From Acinetobacter phage Petty, in the sequence record KF669656.1: DNA of 40,739 bases. One strand, written 5' to 3'. The notes under the pieces are model-generated. The model was not told the DNA's origin. It did not search any database and saw only the letters and a program-made list of their open reading frames with translations. Position numbers and translations under genes: made by a program. Numbering within the stretch: position 1 is the stretch's first letter; each line of letters opens with the position of its first letter. This document shows positions 6,213 to 15,433 of the stretch, piece after piece.

Positions 6213-7063
6213 TGCACCAATCAGAATGGCTTGATGAAGCTAAGAAAGTATCTGTTGGACAGCATCGTCGTGTGTATCATGGGGCTGAACGCAGACCTAA
6301 CCTTGTTGTATGGAATAACGAGGAGTCATGGAGTGCGTACTGTCATGCTTGTGGTACTGGTGGTAAGGTCTGGAAAAAGAGTTTACAGCGTGTTGAGGTT
6401 GAAGCACCTGTGTACAGGAAGTACCTGAACTTAAAGCAGTGTGTAACGCTCCCTGTGCTTGCTCAGCAGTACCCTAGCAAGTACGCAGCTATGGTAGTAC
6501 TACTGCACAACAAACACATGTCTACGGCTCTCCTACAGCGTTACAAGCCATTGTACAATCTTGAGGATGATCGTATAGTTCTTAGGTTCAATGGTGTACA
6601 TATGGGTAGAGATTGTACAGATCGTAGCCATGCTAAGTGGTTGCACTACCACCACGATAACCCTGTTGGGTTCGTGTACTTGCAATCCAAAAACACATAT
6701 CGTACACGAGAGCCTGTTGTTATGACTGAGGATGTATTCTCAGCCATTAAGATTAACCATTACACAGGGTTATCTACCTTGTGTTGCTTAGGAGTAAAGA
6801 TAAGTGACGAACTTATTGAATTTATACTTGACTGTCACGCAGCTTCAAGAACAAGGACGCATTTCTCAACGGGAGTGCCTATTTACCCAATCGTGTGTTT
6901 CGATGGTGATGACGCTGGTGATCGTGGTAGGTTGGCTGCTCGTGATCGCTTTGGTATTCGGGGTATTGCTTTTGATGAAGTACGTGTTCCTGACGGCTTA
7001 GACCCAAAGGATTTGCGACATAATGAACTTGTTGAATTGTTTAAACATATTGGAGATACATAA
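6212..7063 (+). CDS. DNA primase (TOPRIM domain)
   Basis: ATG overlaps the upstream TAA (TAATG). TOPRIM acidic motif VCFDGDDAGDRG; CHAC Zn-like motif near the N-terminus; sits directly upstream of the helicase as in phiKMV-like phages. Confidence 0.8.
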   Translation: MHQSEWLDEAKKVSVGQHRRVYHGAERRPNLVVWNNEESWSAYCHACGTGGKVWKKSLQRVEVEAPVYRKYLNLKQCVTLPVLAQQYPSKYAAMVVLLHNKHMSTALLQRYKPLYNLEDDRIVLRFNGVHMGRDCTDRSHAKWLHYHHDNPVGFVYLQSKNTYRTREPVVMTEDVFSAIKINHYTGLSTLCCLGVKISDELIEFILDCHAASRTRTHFSTGVPIYPIVCFDGDDAGDRGRLAARDRFGIRGIAFDEVRVPDGLDPKDLRHNELVELFKHIGDT

Positions 7064-7311
7064 TGTATTTAGTAATCCCACGCAGTCAAGCAGAAGTAAA
7101 TCAAATTGTTTCTTTCTTGCACAGTAATCCACATTGGAAGGATTTAGATGCTCCGAAGGACGAACTGTTCCGTGTTGGGCAAACAGCTATCTTCTGGAAT
7201 GATTCTGGTCGTTGGTACACACCTATGGCATACGAAAGTACCCTTGAACAAATCAAGGATTATGGCGAAGGTGTTGTACACATAAAGGTAAACGAACTTC
7301 ACACACTTTAA
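7063..7311 (+). CDS. Hypothetical protein (82 aa)
   Basis: ATG at 7063 overlaps the primase TAA stop (TAATG). Confidence 0.7.
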   Translation: MYLVIPRSQAEVNQIVSFLHSNPHWKDLDAPKDELFRVGQTAIFWNDSGRWYTPMAYESTLEQIKDYGEGVVHIKVNELHTL

Positions 7312-7320
7312 GAGGACGCT

Positions 7321-8658
7321 ATGGAGGACATCGACTTATTACGATTTAGTATGAATCGTAAGCAGTTCCAAACAACCTTCAATATGATTGATGAGGATAT
7401 TTTCTCATACGATGTAGTAAGTATGTTGAAGTGGTTTAAGTACTACTTCAAGACTTACACCGATGATGCGAATGTGAATATCGAGAAGTTATCTACACTG
7501 ATGAAGTTAGATAAGTCCACCGATAAGAAAACATTTGAGATCACACGTAACATCTTGAATCTGTTGAAGATACCTATTGAACCTACAGTTCGAGCAGCTT
7601 TACTTGAAACCTTAGAAACTCGTCGTCTGGCTGGTGAACTTGGTATCCTGTTAAAGCGTTTCGATAACAATGAGGAGATCGACTTCTCGTTTGAGATTCT
7701 ACAACGTGCTCAGGAATCTTATGCCCGACGTAAGATCAAGCATGGTGGTGCATGGGAAGATGGTGACGTATGGCAGATGGTACAGGAAGATGCTGATAAC
7801 TCAGGTTATTTGTTTGACTTCTTACCACGATCATTCTACATGCAGATCAAGGGTGTAAACGAAGGTGACAATATTTGTATTGGCGCACCTACTAACAAGG
7901 GTAAAACTTCTTTCCTAGTGAACTGTGCCGTTAGCTTTGCAAAGCAGCATAAGGAACTGTATGATAAGTACCTCAAGGTTACACAGGCTGAGGATTGGGA
8001 CGAACCAGAGGACTTCAAGCCTATGGTATGGCGACCTGTACTTTATCTTGTGAACGAAGGTACAGCCCGTAAGATCACGCCTCGTGTGTACCAAACGGCT
8101 TTAGGTGTAGATCGTAATAAGTTGTTTGAACTAGGTAGTGCTGGTAAGTTAGAGTCCGAGTACGTTAAGATACTTGGGCGACGTGACGCTATCCGATTGG
8201 TGAACGTGCATGGTATGACTGTATCAGAGATTACCCGTGTGATCGAACAGCATAATCCTTTCCTAGTAATCACTGATATGACAGGTCGTATCCGTGCGAA
8301 CTCAGGCAGTGGTTCTAATGACGTTGCTCAATTAGAGGAAGTCTGGGAGAACATGCGTGTTCAAGCAGCTATCCAATCGTTTATCCACATTGGTACTATT
8401 CAGATTAGTGCGGAGGGCTTCAACAACTATTATCCACCTATTAGTGCAGCACAGAACAGTAAGACTGGTGTGCAAACTACATGGGATTTAGCGATCTACA
8501 TTGGTGCTATGCTTGAACCTGCTGAGGGGCAAGAGGGAGTACGTGGTATCAGTACACCGAAGTCTAAAATGGCAAGAGCAGGCTGTAAGGATATTATCCA
8601 GCAGCTAACACACTTCGACCCAGAACTCAATACTTGGAGATTACCAAATGATGAATAA
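7321..8658 (+). CDS. DNA helicase (DnaB/T7 gp4 helicase-domain family)
   Basis: Walker A ICIGAPTNKGKTSF; AGAGGA RBS; 445 aa; positioned after the primase. Confidence 0.85.
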   Translation: MEDIDLLRFSMNRKQFQTTFNMIDEDIFSYDVVSMLKWFKYYFKTYTDDANVNIEKLSTLMKLDKSTDKKTFEITRNILNLLKIPIEPTVRAALLETLETRRLAGELGILLKRFDNNEEIDFSFEILQRAQESYARRKIKHGGAWEDGDVWQMVQEDADNSGYLFDFLPRSFYMQIKGVNEGDNICIGAPTNKGKTSFLVNCAVSFAKQHKELYDKYLKVTQAEDWDEPEDFKPMVWRPVLYLVNEGTARKITPRVYQTALGVDRNKLFELGSAGKLESEYVKILGRRDAIRLVNVHGMTVSEITRVIEQHNPFLVITDMTGRIRANSGSGSNDVAQLEEVWENMRVQAAIQSFIHIGTIQISAEGFNNYYPPISAAQNSKTGVQTTWDLAIYIGAMLEPAEGQEGVRGISTPKSKMARAGCKDIIQQLTHFDPELNTWRLPNDE

Positions 8659-9610
8659 AATTCACGAGCACTTGTCTGCAACTAAGTCACCTGTACAGTT
8701 GGTCAAGCACTTTGATGAAGTGATTGATAAGCACAAAATTTACCCAATGATTGTACAACTCAAGCATGATGGTGTTTACGCTCTACAAGTTGTTCAGGGT
8801 GGGCAGAGTGCAGTGTACAGTCGAACAGGTAATTTATTGTTCTCAGACGCAGTAGCTTGCGTTATAGGCGACTGGACGAAGTTACCTGATGGTGTGTACA
8901 TCGGTGAGCTTATCTGCCCTGTAATGAGCTTAGAGGAGCTTTCAGGGATTGTTTCTCCTAATCGTAAGAAAGCCTTGAACGCTGAGGAGATCAGTAACCT
9001 CATGTGTTATGGGTGTATCCGCTACCACGATTACCTAACATTTGACGAGTTACTTGCTGGCTCATCTGACAAGTCGTATAAGCATCGTTACCGTCAATTG
9101 TATGCCCACCTTGCCAGTGCAAACCTCAATGAACTGATTGTTGAATCAAGTACAGTGAACTCGTATGAGGAGATCGAACAGATCGCTGAGCGTTACATTG
9201 CAGCAGGGCTTGAAGGTGTCGTGGTAAAACAACCTGATGCTTCATGGTTAGCTGGTCATAAAGGTTATCGTGCCATGAAGATTGTACGTGGTGTATCTTT
9301 GGACTTACGCTGTGTCGGTGTACTATATGGTAAAGGTAAACGTGCTGATCAGATTGCTGCCCTTGAGTTTGAATACAAAGGTAATAAGTTCAAGGCTGAT
9401 CTTGGTAAAGGTTGGACTGATGAGCGACGTGCTGAACTTACGAAGAACTATGAGCTAACCTTTGACCCTCATAAGGTTCACGAAGCTGAGTTCAATCCGA
9501 TTGGTAAAATCTGGGAGGTCAAAGCCTTAGATATTTCAAGCACTGGTAAGGCTTTACGACTTCCAAAGGTTGTACGTGTACGTTGGGATAAGGATGAACC
9601 TGATGCTTGA
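8648..9610 (+). CDS. ATP-dependent DNA ligase
   Basis: Adenylation motif I KxDG (VQLKHDGVYAL); 320 aa, comparable to the T7 gp1.3 ligase; the start overlaps the helicase end by 11 nt. Confidence 0.85.
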   Translation: MMNKIHEHLSATKSPVQLVKHFDEVIDKHKIYPMIVQLKHDGVYALQVVQGGQSAVYSRTGNLLFSDAVACVIGDWTKLPDGVYIGELICPVMSLEELSGIVSPNRKKALNAEEISNLMCYGCIRYHDYLTFDELLAGSSDKSYKHRYRQLYAHLASANLNELIVESSTVNSYEEIEQIAERYIAAGLEGVVVKQPDASWLAGHKGYRAMKIVRGVSLDLRCVGVLYGKGKRADQIAALEFEYKGNKFKADLGKGWTDERRAELTKNYELTFDPHKVHEAEFNPIGKIWEVKALDISSTGKALRLPKVVRVRWDKDEPDA

Positions 9611-9790
9611 TGTATTATTAGTTATGGTGCTGCTGGTTATTGCAGCACTCACTGTATTCGACAATGGAGATCGAGATTGAACGTCATCGTAGCATTAATA
9701 TTTGGTTAAGTCTGACATTGTAAAGTTATGTAAAAGAACCTTCATTTTACTTACATTCTGACCTTTGTAACTGGTTGATTTAATGTAAGT

Positions 9791-9817
9791 AATTTAGAAG
9801 GGACACTACATAGAATA
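9791..9817 (+). promoter_or_regulatory. Putative phage-RNAP promoter (AATTTAGAAGGGACACTacaTAGAATA) upstream of the DNA polymerase gene
   Basis: One of three + strand copies of the conserved 17-nt core AATTTAGAAGGGACACT, intergenic, 27 nt before the RBS of the gene at 9844. Confidence 0.6.
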
Positions 9818-9843
9818 AAAGCATAATCCGAAGGAGAGATTAA

Positions 9844-12189
9844 ATGGCTTGGCTAACGCTGGATTTAGAAGTACAGAACCATAAATGGTTTGGTTCAGTA
9901 GCTTCACCGCATTGCCCTGATAACTACATTGTTGCTACTGGTTGGGCTACAGATGCTAACCCTGTAGAACATGAGTACTTCGATACTAAAGAACAATCTT
10001 TAGAATCTGACTGGTTAGAACGTGCACTAGAGGGACAACGTATTCTAGTCGCTCATAATATTACGTTTGAATTACACTGGTTGTTTAAGTGTTATCCTAA
10101 AGTAATCTTCAATTGGTTAAACAATGGTGGACGTTTATTCTGTACACAGTTAGCAGAGTACCTACTTACTGAACAAACAGAACAGTATCCGAAGTTAGAG
10201 GATTGTTCTGTCAAGTACCGAGATCAAGGTGTAGATGAACATGATGTTCGTAAACTCGATGAGGTTAAGATTCTTTGGGAACAAGGTGTATTAACTGCGG
10301 ATATTGATAAGGAGTTACTACTTAGTTATCTATGTGATGATACTCATGGTGACGTAGCGAATACCCGACGTGTAGCTTTCAAGCAGTACGCCTTACTACA
10401 ATCTCGTGGTATGTGGAAGATGTTTCAGGCTCGTATGGACAGTGTGTTATTCAATGCTTTGGCAACGTACAATGGTTTGTATGTGAATCAGCCTGTAGCT
10501 CAACGTAACTTGAAAGCACAGCTAGAAGCAATTGAGAGCCTCACAGAGCGTATCTTGAATTACTTACCATCTGATCTACCAGATGAACTGGAGTTCTCTC
10601 TAACGAGCCAATACCATCGTTCTGCATTACTGTTTGGTGGGGCTATCAAGTACCGTAAGAAAGTATCTTACTCACCTAAGAAGTACGTAAAGACTGCTGC
10701 GTATGAGTTCACGTACCCTGAGAGTGGTGAGAAAGACTACTGCACCATTGATGAGTACAATGCTGGACACAAGTGGGCTACTCCCGAAACAGTTACACGC
10801 TATAAGTCTGGTAAGAACAAGGGGCAACCTAAAATATTCCAGATTGATTCCACTGAGGAACTTCTTAAGTGGGGTGATGGTACGTATGTATTCGATGGAT
10901 TGATTGACTTCAACGATCTACCAAGCCACGTAGCTGAACAGTACATTGGTAAACGTGCAGAGTTCAAAGGTAAGCGTGAGCTTGTATGTGGTTCACCTAT
11001 CTACAGTACTTCGGGTGATAGTCTGGATGTCCTTGCGAACTTCACAGATGTAGCTAAGCCAATTAAGGAACTGGCAACATTGCAGAAGGATACAGGCACG
11101 TACTATCTCATGGAGGATTCTAACGGTAAGGTTAGCGGTATGCTACAGTTCGTTGAACCTGATAGTATCATCCACCACCAACTGAATAGCTGCTCGACAA
11201 TTACTGGTCGCTTGTCATCAAGTAAACCGAACTTCCAGAACTTACCTCGTGCTGATGAAGATGAGGATGGGAACTTAAAATCCCGTGTGAAGGAAATGTT
11301 CACATCACGCTTTGGTGATCAAGGTCGTATCGTGGAGGTGGACTACAGTGCACTCGAAGTTGTGACACTGGCAACCATTTCTGGTGATAAGAACTTAATG
11401 CGAATGCTGAACGAAGGTATTGACATGCACTGTTATCGTTTAGCTGCTAAACTTGGAGAGGATTACGATGAAGTAAAACGTAAATGTAAAGATCAGTCAC
11501 ACCCAGAACATGCTCGTTATTCCGTAATGCGTACTGAGATTAAACCTCGTGCCTTCGCCCACCAGTACGGAGCTTCTGATGCTGGTATCTCTTACAGTAC
11601 AGGGTGTACATTGGAGGAGGCTAAGGAGTTCAAGCGTATTGAGTTTGAGCTATTCCCAGAGTCTAACGCCTACCCTAACGATATAGTTCGCCCAGAGGTT
11701 GAACGTCGTGGTAATGAAGGACTACCTCTCCGTGAATGCGTAGATGGTGTCTGGAGTATCTATCGACGTGGGTACTTCAAAGCGAAGTCTGGTACTTGTT
11801 ATTCTTTCCGACAGTACCCTAAACGTGTAGATGGTCAAATGATCATGGACTACAAGGATACCCAGATCGCTAACTACTGGTGTCAAGGTGAGGCATCATT
11901 CATTGTACAAGCTGCATGTGGTCGTGTAGCTCGTGAGTTCATCCATCGTAACTTCTTTGATGGGCAAGCACTACCAATCAACACAGTACACGATGCTATC
12001 TATCTTGACTGTGCCACTGAGGAGATCGCCATTGAAGCTGGACGTTTAGTTAGAGAGATCATGGAGAGCACACCTAAATGGCTTACAGAGGTTATCCCTG
12101 AGTTATTAGAGTGGAATTATCACATCACACCATTCCCTGCTGCTTGTGAACAGGGGGTAAATATGGCAAATAAAACCCACGTAGATTAA
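9844..12189 (+). CDS. DNA polymerase (family A, T7 gp5-like) with N-terminal 3'-5' exonuclease domain
   Basis: 781 aa. Pol motif A DYSALEVV, motif B K-x3-AFAHQYG, motif C VHDAIYLD; N-terminal exonuclease region (LDLEVQN). Strong GAAGGAGAG RBS. Confidence 0.9.
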   Translation: MAWLTLDLEVQNHKWFGSVASPHCPDNYIVATGWATDANPVEHEYFDTKEQSLESDWLERALEGQRILVAHNITFELHWLFKCYPKVIFNWLNNGGRLFCTQLAEYLLTEQTEQYPKLEDCSVKYRDQGVDEHDVRKLDEVKILWEQGVLTADIDKELLLSYLCDDTHGDVANTRRVAFKQYALLQSRGMWKMFQARMDSVLFNALATYNGLYVNQPVAQRNLKAQLEAIESLTERILNYLPSDLPDELEFSLTSQYHRSALLFGGAIKYRKKVSYSPKKYVKTAAYEFTYPESGEKDYCTIDEYNAGHKWATPETVTRYKSGKNKGQPKIFQIDSTEELLKWGDGTYVFDGLIDFNDLPSHVAEQYIGKRAEFKGKRELVCGSPIYSTSGDSLDVLANFTDVAKPIKELATLQKDTGTYYLMEDSNGKVSGMLQFVEPDSIIHHQLNSCSTITGRLSSSKPNFQNLPRADEDEDGNLKSRVKEMFTSRFGDQGRIVEVDYSALEVVTLATISGDKNLMRMLNEGIDMHCYRLAAKLGEDYDEVKRKCKDQSHPEHARYSVMRTEIKPRAFAHQYGASDAGISYSTGCTLEEAKEFKRIEFELFPESNAYPNDIVRPEVERRGNEGLPLRECVDGVWSIYRRGYFKAKSGTCYSFRQYPKRVDGQMIMDYKDTQIANYWCQGEASFIVQAACGRVAREFIHRNFFDGQALPINTVHDAIYLDCATEEIAIEAGRLVREIMESTPKWLTEVIPELLEWNYHITPFPAACEQGVNMANKTHVD

Positions 12190-12201
12190 TTAGGAGGTTA
12201 T

Positions 12202-12662
12202 ATGTCAGGCTGTATTAATTGGAACAAAGGGCTTGCTCATAATGGGTACGGTCTGACCACTCGCAACAATAAGACTTACAGAGCACATAGATTGGCGTAT
12301 TGTGATCATCATGGTGTATCACATGATAGTATCAAGGTAAGGTTGTACGCCATACTTGTGACAATCGTAAATGTGTAAATCCTGAGCATTTGGTATTAGG
12401 TACACATCAAGATAACATGGATGATATGAAGCACCGTGATCGTGCAGCCAAAGGTTTAAACAACGGAGCGTGTAAACTTACACCTGAACAAGTAAATTAC
12501 ATTAGAGCACACTATAAGCGTGGCTGTACTGAGTATGGTACAGTTGCGTTAGGTAAGAGATTTAATGTACATAACAGTACTATAGGTCGCTGTGTACGAG
12601 GCGACTACCATGCTGCTGCTGAACAAGGTGCAAGCATGGCATACAAGGAGCATATCGAATGA
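12202..12662 (+). pseudogene. HNH homing-type endonuclease disrupted by a frameshift
   Basis: Frame A 12202..12378 encodes MSGCINWNKGLAHNGYGLTTRNNKTYRAHRLAYCDHHGVSHDSIKV... then stops. Frame B 12330..12662 continues ..GKVVRHTCDNRKCVNPEHLVLGTHQDNMDDMK... Together they form a canonical HNH core; they join if one G is added in the aagg run near 12336. Confidence 0.7.
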
Positions 12663-12928
12663 CACCTGAACTAGCTTATGCTATGAAGGTACTGTACATC
12701 AAGGCATTGAGTCCACAACAGTACAGTAGCCTGCTTAGTATGTTCCAGCATCAAGGTGTACGGGAGGTAGTAGTTCAACTACCTTACCGCAGACCTGATA
12801 TTAGACGAGATAGTCCACTACCAAGTGCTGATCAACTTCATCATGTGCTCAGTTTAACGGTGGAGGACTTCTGGGACGCTATGGATTCTATTGACCATTT
12901 AGTATCAATTGTTCCTTCTAAAATTTAG
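12659..12928 (+). CDS. Hypothetical protein (89 aa)
   Basis: ATG at 12659 overlaps the TGA of the HNH frame (ATGA). The stop codon sits inside the palindrome CCTTCTAAAATTTAGAAGG. Confidence 0.65.
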   Translation: MTPELAYAMKVLYIKALSPQQYSSLLSMFQHQGVREVVVQLPYRRPDIRRDSPLPSADQLHHVLSLTVEDFWDAMDSIDHLVSIVPSKI

Positions 12929-12947
12929 AAGGGACACTTATAAGATA
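12922..12947 (+). promoter_or_regulatory. Putative phage-RNAP promoter (AATTTAGAAGGGACACTTATAAGATA)
   Basis: Identical over 26 nt to the copy at 19847..19872; intergenic, 36 nt upstream of the ATG at 12983. Confidence 0.65.
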
Positions 12948-12982
12948 GTAAACGTATTCACTCACTTTCAAGAGGTATTATT

Positions 12983-13852
12983 ATGAGCTTTTTAAATCAA
13001 CTTCAAAACATTGACGTAACTACTTTAGATGATATGACTGACGTAAAAGTTGGTGGTGAGTCACGAGGCTTACTCCCTACTGGTACAGCTTATGTACGTC
13101 CATGTATGTACATCGAGTACGGTTCACACGTACAAACATTCAACGGTGTGGCTAAGCCTGCTGCTCCAATCTTTAAACTTGGCTTCCGTATCGTTGGCGG
13201 TGGTGGTTTGAACCTTGAGGGTAAACCTGAGAAGTACGTCCTTGAAGAAGGTAAGTTCCCATTAATTACTACATTCGATACAACTTTAGGGTTCTATGAG
13301 AAGTCTAAATCTATTCAGTACTTCAACGCACTGAACCGTGTTGGCAACAAAGCAACTCACTTCGTACAGAAGATTGCTGAGCAATGTATCTACGCATTAC
13401 CTATTGGTGTGAAGAAGAACAAGCAAGGTAAGGACGTGCAAGATATTGACTTCACGAATCTACAAGTGGCTCTGAACCAAGAAACATTCGAGCAGCGTAC
13501 TGGTGACCCTACACTGTCTGATGAACATATCCAAGTGTTCTTATGGGATACACCTACTATCGAAATGTGGGACAGTATCTTCATCGAAGGTGAGTTCCCT
13601 GCACAGAAGGATGAGAGTGGCAAGATCACAAAGCCTGCCCGTTCACGTAACTTCCACCAAGAGAAATGCTTAAGTGCTCTGAACTTTGAAGGTTCACCAT
13701 TACAGTTACTTCTCCAAGAGAAAGGTAAGTCGTACACAATCCCAGAGTTACCTACAACTCCTGATGTACCAGAGGAAACACCTAATGAGCCTGATGCTGT
13801 GACACCGCCACCTACTGATGGTGCTGTGCTTACACCGCCAGACTTAGACTAA
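12983..13852 (+). CDS. Hypothetical protein (289 aa) with Pro/acidic C-terminal tail; candidate ssDNA-binding protein (inference only)
   Basis: AGAGG RBS; directly downstream of a phage-promoter copy and followed by a strong hairpin. C-terminus TPDVPEETPNEPDAVTPPPTDGAVLTPPDLD. No catalytic motif seen. Confidence 0.7.
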   Translation: MSFLNQLQNIDVTTLDDMTDVKVGGESRGLLPTGTAYVRPCMYIEYGSHVQTFNGVAKPAAPIFKLGFRIVGGGGLNLEGKPEKYVLEEGKFPLITTFDTTLGFYEKSKSIQYFNALNRVGNKATHFVQKIAEQCIYALPIGVKKNKQGKDVQDIDFTNLQVALNQETFEQRTGDPTLSDEHIQVFLWDTPTIEMWDSIFIEGEFPAQKDESGKITKPARSRNFHQEKCLSALNFEGSPLQLLLQEKGKSYTIPELPTTPDVPEETPNEPDAVTPPPTDGAVLTPPDLD

Positions 13853-13859
13853 GGTTAAC

Positions 13860-13895
13860 GGAGAGTACAACATCCTGTACTCTCCACTCTATTTC
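13860..13895 (+). terminator. Stable hairpin (GGAGAGTACA-6nt-TGTACTCTCC) with partial U tail: putative terminator or RNA-processing structure
   Basis: 10-bp perfect stem at 13860..13869 and 13876..13885, followed by ACTCTATTTC; lies 8 nt after the stop of the 289-aa gene. Confidence 0.45.
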
Positions 13896-13916
13896 AGATA
13901 ATACACAGGAGATCGT

Positions 13917-14027
13917 ATGTACACTCATATTCCAGAAGTAGCTTCACCAGCAAATTGTCCTAACTGTGGTTTAGTACCTACATACACAGGTGCTTGTCCT
14001 TATTGCGGAGAACGATTACATGATTAA
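13917..14027 (+). CDS. Small zinc-ribbon protein (36 aa, MYTHIPEVASPANCPNCGLVPTYTGACPYCGERLHD)
   Basis: ATG at 13917, 7 nt after AGGAG; two CxxC pairs (CPNCG...CPYCG) spaced 13 aa apart; its end overlaps the exonuclease start by 8 nt. Too short for the ORF track. Confidence 0.5.
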   Translation: MYTHIPEVASPANCPNCGLVPTYTGACPYCGERLHD

Positions 14028-14994
14028 CTTAGCTCATTTAGGCATCTCTCCTGAGATGTTGGCTAATACTAATCTCTATGTACCAAATGGTAGTGATGAT
14101 CGTGTGCTACTGTATGATGGTGATGGTGCATGTTATGTACACACTGCTGGTGTACGTAGATTAAGCACAGCACAAGACAGATTCGAGAAAGATATTCTCA
14201 CTATGATGTACTTAGCGAAGTGTTCTACAGCCCGTGTGCATTTAACACCTAAAGGATGCCGTAAGAACGATAGACACTTATTGCTAGGTGTTAATCCTTA
14301 CCAAGAGAACCGAAGTGGTACGAAGAAGCCAGACCTGTTAGAGCCATTGCGAGATAGTGCTCCACAGCATTTCGCAGATCATCCGACGATTAAGATTATC
14401 AGTCACTACGATATTGAGGCTGATGATGGTTTGATGATTGATCACTACAGTATGTCGAATGGTATCTTACTCTCAGCAGATAAGGATTTAACAATCAGTC
14501 CAAAGGAACAGTACTTCCCTGATGATGGTAGCTTCTTAATGCTGCCTAACGGTGATCGCTTTGGTTGGATTGCTCGTAAGGAATGGCTAACACCTTCTAA
14601 ACGACCTCAAGCTAAGTGTATTGGTAAAGGTACAAAGTTCTTCTTAGCACAAATGCTTATGGGTGACTCTGCTGATAACGTAAAAGGCATCTTAAAGCTC
14701 AATGGCAAGGTTTGTGGCTTTGCTGGTGCATTAGCCTATTTAGGTCACATTCAATGCGAACACGAGGCTGTGAACGCTGTTCTTGATGCCTACCGAGTTA
14801 TTGACCAGAACCCTATACCAGAGGCAGAGGCAATGTGGTTACTTCGTTATCGTGGTGATAACAGTTACAAGTACTTCACTGAGAACGAACTCACTACGGA
14901 GAACAAGCAGTTCTTAGACGATTGCTGGTTCAATCGTAAATGGAAGATGACGGAGGAAGAGTACTATGACCGACAAAAACACACTTCGGACTAA
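14020..14994 (+). CDS. 5'-3' exonuclease (T7 gp6 / FEN-like)
   Basis: ILLSADKDLTIS resembles T7 gp6 VIISCDKDFKTIP; N-terminal acidic DGDG region. ATG at 14020 preferred; the in-frame GTG at 13990 (ORF track) is possible. Confidence 0.8.
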   Translation: MINLAHLGISPEMLANTNLYVPNGSDDRVLLYDGDGACYVHTAGVRRLSTAQDRFEKDILTMMYLAKCSTARVHLTPKGCRKNDRHLLLGVNPYQENRSGTKKPDLLEPLRDSAPQHFADHPTIKIISHYDIEADDGLMIDHYSMSNGILLSADKDLTISPKEQYFPDDGSFLMLPNGDRFGWIARKEWLTPSKRPQAKCIGKGTKFFLAQMLMGDSADNVKGILKLNGKVCGFAGALAYLGHIQCEHEAVNAVLDAYRVIDQNPIPEAEAMWLLRYRGDNSYKYFTENELTTENKQFLDDCWFNRKWKMTEEEYYDRQKHTSD

Positions 14995-15433
14995 GCAGCT
15001 ACAACGGATTCCACGATCACAGTTACGTTCTGTTATGCTTCTTTTATATCAAAAGCAAGGTAATGTATGCGCTATTTGTGAGAAGCCTATTGATTTTAGT
15101 GTGACAGGGCATTCGGCTAACTATGCAGTCGATCACTGTCACCGCACTGGTGAGATTCGAGGTACGTTACACAAGTCTTGTAATAGTGCTGAGGGCAAGG
15201 TAGCTAATGCTGCTGGTCGTTGGGGTGCTAAGTCTACGGACTACGATGACATCATTGAGTTCTTAGATAAGTTAGTGATATACCTTAAGAAGTCCCGTAA
15301 TAAAGGTACAGGTCTTATGTACCCTGACCACAAAACCCCAGAACAAAAAGCAGAAGCCGATAAACTGAAACGTCGTAAAGCCTACGCAGCCAAGAAAGCT
15401 GCCGAAGCAGTATCTAAGAGGAAATCAAATTGA
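14966..15433 (+). CDS. Endonuclease VII (T4 gp49-like Holliday junction resolvase)
   Basis: CAICEKPIDFSVTGHSANYAVDHCHRTGEIRGTLHKSCNSAEGK aligns with T4 endo VII CLICQREL..NHLDHDHELNGPKAGKVRGLLCNLCNAAEGQ. GGAGGAAGA RBS; overlaps the exonuclease end by 29 nt, so a downstream start is possible. Confidence 0.85.
   Translation: MTDKNTLRTKQLQRIPRSQLRSVMLLLYQKQGNVCAICEKPIDFSVTGHSANYAVDHCHRTGEIRGTLHKSCNSAEGKVANAAGRWGAKSTDYDDIIEFLDKLVIYLKKSRNKGTGLMYPDHKTPEQKAEADKLKRRKAYAAKKAAEAVSKRKSN

Noticed and set aside
9611-9790. 18-codon ORF (MVLLVIAALTVFDNGDRD) and assorted short inverted repeats in the ligase-polymerase intergenic region
   Set aside because: Too short and no RBS. The repeats are short (5 to 7 bp) and AT-rich, so they are plausibly chance.
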